The translations under genes were made by a program, and so were the position numbers. This document shows, piece by piece, positions 26,348-34,086 of a DNA stretch of 36,381 nt (the stretch's first letter is position 1; each line of letters opens with the position of its first letter). Source of the DNA: a virus (Duplodnaviria > Caudoviricetes); IMG/VR virus record IMGVR_UViG_3300030332_001196, positions 1-36,381 of that record. One strand, written 5' to 3'. Below the pieces are notes generated by a model, which saw only the letters and a program-made list of their open reading frames with translations, had not been told where the DNA came from and ran no database searches.

Positions 26348-26400
26348 TTGACAACTAAAGGGGAAGGGTTATAATAATAGTATCTTATAGAGAGGAGAGA
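26348..26400 (+). promoter_or_regulatory. Repeated promoter+RBS cassette, copy 6
   Basis: TTGACAACTAAAGGGGAAGGGTTATAAT (16-bp spacer), 2 bp after a TAG. Confidence 0.9.
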
Positions 26401-26405
26401 TAGCA

Positions 26406-26930
26406 ATGCAAAAAGAATGTGAAGAAAAAATAATGACCCTAACTAAGGGGAATTCAAGTGCATCCCCGATAACAATAGCTGCGGCGCTTGCCGCTACATT
26501 CAGTCATGAAAAAAATTTAAAGTTAGCGGTATATAGTGCCGAATTGGTTTTAGTTATTTTTGAGGGAAAATACCCTCACGATGACAGGCCCAGAAAAGCG
26601 ATTGAGGCTGCGAAGAAATGTTTAGAAAGTGACACAAAAGAAAATAGATTAGCTGCTGCTGATGCTAGGACTGATGCTGCTATTGCTGCTTCTTGTGCAG
26701 CTGTTGCTGCTGTTGATACTGCTGATGATGATACTGCTTCTTATGCTGCTATTGCTGCTTCTTGTGATACTTTTGCTGCTACTGCTGCTTCTTGTGCTGC
26801 TGATGCGGCTACTGCTGATGCTGCGGATACTGCTTCTTTTGCTGCTTCTTTTGCTGCTTCTTTTGCTGCTGATGCTGAAATAACTCAAAAAATCATTGCT
26901 TACGCCACTAGACTATCGGAGGAGATATGA
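26406..26930 (+). CDS. Imm5-like protein with Ala-rich low-complexity tail (moron)
   Basis: LAVYSAELVLVIFEGKYPHDDRPRKAIEAAKK core; GCT-dominated C-terminal half. Confidence 0.75.
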   Translation: MQKECEEKIMTLTKGNSSASPITIAAALAATFSHEKNLKLAVYSAELVLVIFEGKYPHDDRPRKAIEAAKKCLESDTKENRLAAADARTDAAIAASCAAVAAVDTADDDTASYAAIAASCDTFAATAASCAADAATADAADTASFAASFAASFAADAEITQKIIAYATRLSEEI

Positions 26931-26989
26931 ATAAAGAAAAAATAATAAGCATGAATAAGGGTTTCAGTCAAGAGAAAAATTTAAAATAA
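26927..26989 (+). pseudogene. Truncated third paralog of the Ala-rich gene (MNKEKIISMNKGFSQEKNLK*)
   Basis: Closely similar to the first 20 codons of 14488-14727; ATGA coupled to the upstream stop. Confidence 0.75.
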
Positions 26990-27003
26990 AGGAGAGAGAA
27001 AAT

Positions 27004-27384
27004 ATGTTAATACTTAGAGAATACGAAATAAGGCTTATATATCAAGATCAAGGGCTTGATACATATTATTACAGTAAACGTAAAGAATTTGAAGCGGGGA
27101 TACCCATAAACGATATATATATAGCAACTGAATTAACTGATGTTTTGGGTGTAGCCAATTTAATAGATGTACATCATTATGAATTGAGTAATAATAATAT
27201 AGGCAGGGTTATTGATAAAGGTAAATTTAAAATTGAAATTTGGGCGGTAGATTGGGAAACGGACAAGCAAGGTACAATACTTGATCATATTCAGGACCGA
27301 TTAGAAAAAACTGTATTCTCTAATATTAGATTTAAACTTGATGTTACCGATAGTAAGGGTACTAATGTATTAGCAATCGATTAA
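27004..27384 (+). CDS. Hypothetical protein (moron)
   Basis: AAGGAG SD; 126-aa ORF. Confidence 0.7.
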   Translation: MLILREYEIRLIYQDQGLDTYYYSKRKEFEAGIPINDIYIATELTDVLGVANLIDVHHYELSNNNIGRVIDKGKFKIEIWAVDWETDKQGTILDHIQDRLEKTVFSNIRFKLDVTDSKGTNVLAID

Positions 27385-27453
27385 CAAACTACTTGTATTT
27401 TTACTTAGTGTGATATATTCTGTATATATTAATATACAGGAGGCAGGTTAAAT

Positions 27454-27864
27454 ATGTCAGGTAATGCGGGCTATAATTATACAGTTAGTGTATCAACTAC
27501 ACAATCAGGCACTTATAACGAGATACCAAGCTCAAACGGTACTTTTAGTAGAACAGCGGACGTCTTAGACGTCACAGACACTACTAATGTAGGATATCAC
27601 ACACGATTGTTGAATCTATTAGATTCAGCCTGTAACGTTAGTGCTAACTGGGATGCCACAAACACCGCTTTACTAGCTGTTGAATCAGCATTCGAGAACA
27701 GAACGACATTGTGGGTGAAAGTGTTACCAGATGGTGTTGCGGGAAACGGTAAAAAGTTCCCTGTTGTGGTTGAAAACTACTCTATCCCTTTAGACGTAAC
27801 AAGTTCAACAAAGGTGGATGTGTCTTTTCAGGGAGCAGGTGCGGTTATCGCTGATGACGCCTAA
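27454..27864 (+). CDS. Major tail tube protein
   Basis: AGGAGG SD; DVLDVTD, terminal SFQGAG; Ser/Thr-rich beta protein. Confidence 0.8.
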   Translation: MSGNAGYNYTVSVSTTQSGTYNEIPSSNGTFSRTADVLDVTDTTNVGYHTRLLNLLDSACNVSANWDATNTALLAVESAFENRTTLWVKVLPDGVAGNGKKFPVVVENYSIPLDVTSSTKVDVSFQGAGAVIADDA

Positions 27865-27866
27865 GA

Positions 27867-28490
27867 ATGAGTACACCAGGTTATCCAATAAGTATTAAAA
27901 AATCAGGTGTAAGCACATCTTTTACAGGTGAAGCATGTAGTAATACAACCGGGAACACGTATCTAATAGACGATACTAATAAACGTGTTTTTGATCGGGA
28001 CGTTACCCCAACATTTTACGCTAACGGAGTAGCGATACTCGCCGCAGATATTGTAAGTATCGATTATCTTTACGGAAAAGTAACTTTTACTGGGTCTGAA
28101 ACAGAGCCTATTACAGTCGATGGAGCCTATATGCCTATGGTTGAGGTAGCCGGATGTAAAGAAGGTACATTGAATAGAACATCAGCTATTCATGATTATA
28201 CGGATACGTCCAATGCGGGCTACCATACCAAGATGACAGGGTTACATGATGTTACTATAACAGTAGGGCGTTTTGACGATATCAGTCACGCTTTTACTGA
28301 TCTTATAGTAAGCCGTACCCCCGTTGTGATTGAATATAGTCCCGCACCTACTAAATCATATAGAGGTTGGTTTATATGTGAAAACAGTGGACAAAACCTT
28401 GATTTAAATGCTTTAATAGACGAGTCGTTATCATTCCAGTTAGCAGGTAACGATGAATTGGGAAAGACCTTTAGTCGGTCAGACCAATAA
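27867..28490 (+). CDS. Second tail tube paralog with an inserted domain
   Basis: DYTDTSNAGYHTKMTGLHD aligns with DVTDTTNVGYHTRLLNLLD of the upstream gene; terminal SFQLAG. Confidence 0.72.
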   Translation: MSTPGYPISIKKSGVSTSFTGEACSNTTGNTYLIDDTNKRVFDRDVTPTFYANGVAILAADIVSIDYLYGKVTFTGSETEPITVDGAYMPMVEVAGCKEGTLNRTSAIHDYTDTSNAGYHTKMTGLHDVTITVGRFDDISHAFTDLIVSRTPVVIEYSPAPTKSYRGWFICENSGQNLDLNALIDESLSFQLAGNDELGKTFSRSDQ

Positions 28491-28520
28491 AAATCAGTTA
28501 AAAAGAGAGGAGATATAGAG

Positions 28521-28901
28521 ATGAAAAAAGCATTAAAAGACAAAATACGTGCGGCAACTGTAGGTAAGCGTAAGACATTTAAATGTGAAATTGTTAGTTT
28601 TGACGGTGTGGATATTGAGGTAAGGCAATTAAGTTTAGCTGCACGCAGAGATTACATGACGGCAAGTTTAGACCGGGTTACGGATAGTAATGGGAAAGAG
28701 ACACAACAAGCTAATTTACTGAAACTACAGGTATATGCGGTGATTGCTTCATCTTATGTCCCTGGTGAAGAAGCGTTAGTCTTTGAAGAAACTGATTTCA
28801 ACAGTATTAAAGATAGTGTTACAGGTGGCTATGCTGATGCTATATGGGAAGCGGTGCAACGCCTTTCCAACATAACAACAGAAGAAGCAAAAAAAAACTA
28901 G
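28521..28901 (+). CDS. Tail assembly chaperone (gpG-like)
   Basis: Between tube and tape measure genes; ends EEAKKN. Confidence 0.85.
   Translation: MKKALKDKIRAATVGKRKTFKCEIVSFDGVDIEVRQLSLAARRDYMTASLDRVTDSNGKETQQANLLKLQVYAVIASSYVPGEEALVFEETDFNSIKDSVTGGYADAIWEAVQRLSNITTEEAKKN
28889..28898 (+). promoter_or_regulatory. -1 programmed ribosomal frameshift site (A AAA AAC)
   Basis: A9C immediately before TAG; the downstream ORF is in the -1 frame. Confidence 0.85.
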
Positions 28902-29107
28902 AAGCTGATCCCGAAAAATACGCTATTTTTGAAGTAGCGGAACTGTTAGGGATGCTGGTTGTTGATATTGAAGAACGTATGCCTCCCGATGAGTTAATAT
29001 ATTGGTTTTCGTATTTTCAGGTGAAAAATGCTAAAATAGAAAAAAAGAGGAAAGAGGAAGATGGAAAACAGAAAAACAAAACCGTAGTATCAAAGAGGCA
29101 TCGATAA
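28892..29107 (+). CDS. Frameshift extension of the tail chaperone (gpT-like)
   Basis: VAELLGM.V..IEERM...EL..W; stop abuts the tape measure ATG. Confidence 0.8.
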   Translation, partial: KKLEADPEKYAIFEVAELLGMLVVDIEERMPPDELIYWFSYFQVKNAKIEKKRKEEDGKQKNKTVVSKRHR

Positions 29108-31171
29108 ATGGCATTGAATTTAGGACAGATATTTTATCAGCTAGGGGTAGACACTTCCGGGTTAAATAAAGCGGATAGTAAAGTACGCTCATTTACACGG
29201 ACTACAAATAAATCTTTTGATAGTGTTAATAACGTAGCCAATAAATTAAAAACTACACTAGGTACATTAATATCAATAGAGGCGTTGCGCCGTAGTGCGC
29301 TAATGGCTGATAATTACGGACTATTGCGAGATAGAGTTACTGCCGTTGTTGGTGATGTCGATAAGGCAGTAAGTATCTTTACTCGTCTTGAAAATATATC
29401 AAGTAAAACAGGTGCCTCACTAGAACTAACGGCGGGTGGATTCCAAAAATTACTTTTTGCTAAAGAAACCGTGCGGGGTACTAATGATGAAATGATCAGG
29501 TTAACTCAATCCTTCGCTGAGTTAGGCTTATTGTCGGGTACGGCACCACAACTTTTAAATGCGGCTATGTTGCAATTTTCGCAAGGTTTAATATCAGGTG
29601 TTTTTCAAGCGCAAGAATTTCAAAGTGTGCTAGAGAACGTCCCGGCAATAGCGGGTGAGATAGCCGCAGGGATGGGGATTACAGTCCAAGAATTAATTAA
29701 ACTGAAAAAAGAAGGTAAATTAGTATCGGAAGATGTTTTCAGGGCATTAGTCGACAGGGCGGATGAGATATCAGAGAAGGCCGAAAAAATACCTATCCGA
29801 ATGTCGAGAGGTTTCGCACGGTTTCAATTAGGTTTACAGCAAGGTTTGGCCGGTTTAGACGAATCGGTAAGTTTAACTCAAACATTGGGGACCGCTTTTT
29901 TTAAAGCTGGTGAGAAACTACAAAAACTACCTTTTTATACAGAGGCACTTTTCACAACATTAAAAGATGTGACAGGTGAAAACAATAGAATAACTCAAAT
30001 GGTAGGCACTTTTGTTTTATTGCAAGGTGCTATAATCGCCGTAAACGGACTTTTAACCGTTACGAATGGGTTACTATTGGCGATAACCCGAATTAACCCT
30101 TTTGTGGCACTTACAACAGCAGTTGTTGTTTTTTGGGACAAACTAAATGCAGCGTCCGCAGCTACACAAGTTTTATTGAATACAATTGTTCATTTAGGTA
30201 ACTTGGATTTAACAAGTGCTAGAAATGAGATATCAAAATTAGGAAGTACATACTCAGAAACCTTACAGAGCATGAAAGAACAGACAGGCGAGGGAGGTCA
30301 AGCGGATAGTTTTATTCAAAATTTCCTTAGTAATTTTGATATATCAAATTTAGATGTTGTCAAGTCGTTTTATGACAATCTGGCAGAAATAGAGGCCGAA
30401 GCGGAAGCGCAAAGACTAGCCGCACTTCAAGCTACTAACGAGAATGACAAAGTTACATATAAGAAGCATCTTTTTGAGAAATTAGGTATAACAAAGGCTT
30501 ATAATGATGCAATGAAAACATTACGAAAACAAGATAGCGAAGAGGAATTCAGGCAAAACGGGGCAAGTTTCAAGCGAAATATCCAGTTAGCGGGACAATC
30601 AAGTAAGGAGTTTGCTGATTTAGCAAAGGCAATAGCACTTTATGATATTGCAGTTAAAACACCACAAGCTATCGCCAGTTCTTTTACTTTTGGTAGTTCA
30701 ATTGGGGGACCAATTTTAGGTGGAGTTTTTGCGGGGGTAGCGGCTGCTGCTATGGCGGTTCAGGCCAATGCTATTGCCTCTCAAAGTTTTACACCTAGAG
30801 CCGTAGGGGGTGACGTGTTCCCTAACCAGGTGTATAAGGTGAACGAAAACGGCCCCGAAATGTTCAGCTTTGGGGGCAATGATTTTCTTGCAACGGGCAA
30901 TTCAAGAGGTAGTATTACACCATCCGGTGATTTTGGAATATCTAACCCTGTTTCTAGTAATTCAGGTGGGGTTACGGTTAATGTATTCCCAATTGAAGGA
31001 ACTACAGCCAACATACAGCAATCAAATGATGGACGAGGTGGATTAAAGATTGATATACTCATGGAGCATATCGACGCTAAAATGTCGGAAGGCATCGTAA
31101 GGGGGACATCTGAAACAAGTAAAACATTATCTAACGTTTTCGCGCTAAATAGAGCGCATGGAGGTTTTTAA
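29108..31171 (+). CDS. Tail tape measure protein
   Basis: QFSQGLISGVFQAQEFQSVLEN tape-measure domain; RAVGGDV...VNENGPE C-terminal motif. Confidence 0.93.
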   Translation: MALNLGQIFYQLGVDTSGLNKADSKVRSFTRTTNKSFDSVNNVANKLKTTLGTLISIEALRRSALMADNYGLLRDRVTAVVGDVDKAVSIFTRLENISSKTGASLELTAGGFQKLLFAKETVRGTNDEMIRLTQSFAELGLLSGTAPQLLNAAMLQFSQGLISGVFQAQEFQSVLENVPAIAGEIAAGMGITVQELIKLKKEGKLVSEDVFRALVDRADEISEKAEKIPIRMSRGFARFQLGLQQGLAGLDESVSLTQTLGTAFFKAGEKLQKLPFYTEALFTTLKDVTGENNRITQMVGTFVLLQGAIIAVNGLLTVTNGLLLAITRINPFVALTTAVVVFWDKLNAASAATQVLLNTIVHLGNLDLTSARNEISKLGSTYSETLQSMKEQTGEGGQADSFIQNFLSNFDISNLDVVKSFYDNLAEIEAEAEAQRLAALQATNENDKVTYKKHLFEKLGITKAYNDAMKTLRKQDSEEEFRQNGASFKRNIQLAGQSSKEFADLAKAIALYDIAVKTPQAIASSFTFGSSIGGPILGGVFAGVAAAAMAVQANAIASQSFTPRAVGGDVFPNQVYKVNENGPEMFSFGGNDFLATGNSRGSITPSGDFGISNPVSSNSGGVTVNVFPIEGTTANIQQSNDGRGGLKIDILMEHIDAKMSEGIVRGTSETSKTLSNVFALNRAHGGF

Positions 31172-31176
31172 ATAGT

Positions 31177-31677
31177 ATGGCAACTATAGATTATCCACAA
31201 AACATTTTACCAAGTCCTTTAGTTGCTAACACGTCACACAACGAAAACAATAGGTTAATACGTACTACTATGGATAGTGGCTATAGTGTTATACGTAAAC
31301 GATTTACACGTATTAATAGTATATTTAACATTCAAATACTGCTGGATCAGTCATCACTCTCATTTTTTCAGGCGTGGATTGCTAATACTCTAAATTACGG
31401 TGTGAATTGGTTTAATATGAATATACCGGTAGGCGATTCTTTAATTAGCGAACACGAGTGCAGGCTGTTAGATAACCCCAGGTACACATTAAATGGCACG
31501 TTATGGCGTGTTGATATGCGATTGGAGGCGGTAGAGATTAATTTAGGTGTAGATTATGACGCGGTTATGGAAGATTTTATTGCAACTATTGGCGGTGTTA
31601 GAGGTTTCGATACAACAAGTCGGTATATCAATATATTAGACAATCAGGTTAATATATTATATCCTTCAAGTGTATAA
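31177..31677 (+). CDS. Distal tail protein (gpM-like)
   Basis: LIRTTMDSG...RKRFT...FQAW...G.NWF. Confidence 0.8.
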   Translation: MATIDYPQNILPSPLVANTSHNENNRLIRTTMDSGYSVIRKRFTRINSIFNIQILLDQSSLSFFQAWIANTLNYGVNWFNMNIPVGDSLISEHECRLLDNPRYTLNGTLWRVDMRLEAVEINLGVDYDAVMEDFIATIGGVRGFDTTSRYINILDNQVNILYPSSV

Positions 31678-31707
31678 GGGCTAGATACATAAAAAAGAGA
31701 GGTTAAA

Positions 31708-31905
31708 ATGAATGAAAAAATAGAGAGTGAAACTTACCTAATATCCGAAAAAGAAAAAGCTATAATTACCGCAATGTGTGATCTCACACTTAAAACACAA
31801 GGGCTAAAAAATATATCTGAAGTAAATAGTGTTTTACATGTGTTAGCTAACCCAAGCACACCTAAAACAGCAATTAAAAAAGGAAGTAATAAAAAAAATG
31901 GCTAA
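31708..31905 (+). CDS. Hypothetical protein
   Basis: GAGAGG SD; overlaps the tail fibre start. Confidence 0.6.
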   Translation: MNEKIESETYLISEKEKAIITAMCDLTLKTQGLKNISEVNSVLHVLANPSTPKTAIKKGSNKKNG

Positions 31906-33112
31906 CCCTACACAAGCCCAAATTGATAAGTTAACTACTAATTTATCTAGGTATGATAGCATTATCAATGGGGCTTATAATGAGACTGTTACATTAGATT
32001 CACACACCGTTAAAAGCATAAGCGGTTATCTTGCTGAATTAGCTGTTAACACACTGAGGGGGTTATGGGCTACAGCTACGTCATACGCAATCAAAGATAT
32101 TACAGAGGAGTCCGGGAACTGGTATGTGTGTTTAGCGGCGCACACATCCGGGACATTTTCTAGTGACTTAGCTGCGAATAATTGGGCATTATATCAAATA
32201 AACTTATCCGGTAATTTAAATCTAACCGGTGATTTAGATTTAACCGGTGATTTAGATTTAACCGGTGATTTAGATTTAACCGGTGATTTAGATTTAACCG
32301 GTGGGGCTAGTTTTGCTGAGGGTAGCGTTATAGTAGACTCATCAGGCAAAGTGGGGATTGGGACGAGTCCTACAGCTAAACTTGATGTTTCTTCTGTATC
32401 ATATCCTGAAACACAAGGACTTTTAGCCAATTTTAGAGGTGGTCGCGTATCGGATGTACAGACTAATCGTTATGTTCAATTGGAAAATAACTTTACTGGC
32501 TCGGGATATGAAAGTCCTGCTCTTGTATTTAAAACAAACGCAAACACATCTAATCAAAAATCTTATGGCCTTATTTCTGTTCTTTCTGATGGGTCATTTT
32601 CTTTTAAAAATAGAAGTGCTGGGGCAAATATACCTGTTGGAACCTCAATAGGAGCCGTCGAACGCATGAGAATCGACTCAGCAGGCGTCAGTATCGCTGG
32701 AGCACTATCTAAAGGATCAGGATCATTTGACATTTCGCATCCTGATCCCGAGAAAATAAAAGAGAATGAAAATTACAGATTACGTCATTATTTCGTGGAA
32801 ACACCATCCGCAGGAGGGAATATTTATAAATATCAACTGGAATTGAATGATGGGTTTAACGCCTTTACATTACCTGACTATTTCAAACATTTAAATAAGG
32901 ACTGTTTAGTCTGGGTTAACGCATTTAAGCATTTTGGCCGTGCATGGGGTGAGGTTAAAGACGGTCAATGTCAAGTCACTACATATCAAAAGGGTCTATA
33001 TAATATCCTCATATTCGGAGACCGTTGTGACGAAGTCGCCATAAAAGATTTTGGGAAATATGGCGTGGAATATATCCGAGGGAAAGATCAAATTATAAAA
33101 ACAAAGGTATAA
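31898..33112 (+). CDS. Tail fibre / receptor-binding protein
   Basis: CBM5/12-like W...Y...D...WYVC..AHTS module, LTGDLD repeats, GKVGIGT motif, C-terminal FDISHP...LRHYFVETP domain. Confidence 0.8.
   Translation: MANPTQAQIDKLTTNLSRYDSIINGAYNETVTLDSHTVKSISGYLAELAVNTLRGLWATATSYAIKDITEESGNWYVCLAAHTSGTFSSDLAANNWALYQINLSGNLNLTGDLDLTGDLDLTGDLDLTGDLDLTGGASFAEGSVIVDSSGKVGIGTSPTAKLDVSSVSYPETQGLLANFRGGRVSDVQTNRYVQLENNFTGSGYESPALVFKTNANTSNQKSYGLISVLSDGSFSFKNRSAGANIPVGTSIGAVERMRIDSAGVSIAGALSKGSGSFDISHPDPEKIKENENYRLRHYFVETPSAGGNIYKYQLELNDGFNAFTLPDYFKHLNKDCLVWVNAFKHFGRAWGEVKDGQCQVTTYQKGLYNILIFGDRCDEVAIKDFGKYGVEYIRGKDQIIKTKV
32223..32303 (+). repeat. Perfect 18-bp tandem repeat, 4.5 copies (LTGDLD)
   Basis: TAACCGGTGATTTAGATT four times plus TAACCGGTG; degenerate unit at 32205-32222. 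Confidence 0.96.
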
Positions 33113-33178
33113 AAAATGAAAGAAGATTATTTAAAATATAACAGCTCTCCAGGTGAAATTTGGGTAGACTAACAGGTA

Positions 33179-33685
33179 ATGACTTTAAGTGAGGATTTAA
33201 AAAAGTTGTATGTTAGCGGGGGGACTAATATTATATTACATACTTTAGCTTTTAACCATAGTACATGGACTACACCTTTTTACATTGTTCGAGATTGGCA
33301 AGATTTCACAGCCAACCTTGAAAACTTAGGACCAAGTGTACTATTTAAGCGTTTTGCATTTTCAGTGACGGGACCAAACAAAGATGTTAACGGAACTCAA
33401 ATGCTGAATATTCAAGTTGATAGCGTCAGTCAAGAGTTAATTAATTTACTTGAAACTGCCGTTGTTGATACTAACAATGTCCCTATTGAGGTTACATATC
33501 GTGTGTATATCGATTCAGATACATCAGGTCCGCAGATAGACCCACCCCTTATATTACATGTACGTAATATCAAAGCTGATAATTTAAAAGTAACGGCGCA
33601 AGCTGAGTTAATCAACTTAGTAAATAAGAAATTCCCTAGTGTTGTGTATGGTAATACATTTCAGTCACTATATCACGAACTATGA
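33179..33685 (+). CDS. Minor tail protein (DUF1833 / gpL-like)
   Basis: TL.F.H, VTYRVY...P, NKKFP; synteny. Confidence 0.82.
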   Translation: MTLSEDLKKLYVSGGTNIILHTLAFNHSTWTTPFYIVRDWQDFTANLENLGPSVLFKRFAFSVTGPNKDVNGTQMLNIQVDSVSQELINLLETAVVDTNNVPIEVTYRVYIDSDTSGPQIDPPLILHVRNIKADNLKVTAQAELINLVNKKFPSVVYGNTFQSLYHEL

Positions 33686-34086
33686 ATATTACAATTAATA
33701 GTTTAATTGGTATACCCTGGACAATGGGAGGTAGATCACCAGAAGAGGGCTTCGATTGCTGGGGCTTGTTGAAATATTGCTATCTTGAATTATTAGGTAT
33801 TACAATTAAATATGATTATGATATTATAGAAGGGGATACACCTAACATTATAAGGGCTATATCTAGTGCCACAGATGGGGCGGGTGATTGGGTGCTGATA
33901 GAGAAACCTATTAATGGTTGTGCAGTGGCGTTATCACGCAATATAAAAACACATCATGTAGGTTTTTGGTATAATGATCACTGTATACATGCAACTGAGA
34001 AATTAGGTGTAGTGGGTAATACAATGAATGGCTTGAAGCGTAACCAATACAATAAGGTAGAGTTCTACAGATGCAAAATCCAATAG
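33682..34086 (+). CDS. NlpC/P60 tail assembly peptidase (gpK-like, no JAB domain)
   Basis: IGIPW..GGR...GFDCWGL...HVG...IHA. Confidence 0.88.
   Translation: MNITINSLIGIPWTMGGRSPEEGFDCWGLLKYCYLELLGITIKYDYDIIEGDTPNIIRAISSATDGAGDWVLIEKPINGCAVALSRNIKTHHVGFWYNDHCIHATEKLGVVGNTMNGLKRNQYNKVEFYRCKIQ

Noticed and set aside
26649-26888. Poly-Leu ORF 26662-26883 (+) and poly-Ser ORFs 26649-26888 and 14464-14685 (-)
   Set aside because: Alternative-frame readings of stop-free GCT arrays
14488-26930. Ala-rich paralogs as a DGR template/variable repeat pair
   Set aside because: No reverse transcriptase; differences are indels and not adenine-specific
18871-32651. Out-of-frame + strand ORFs 18871-19119 and 32439-32651
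   Set aside because: Nested in terL and the tail fibre gene with no convincing SD, lipobox or motif
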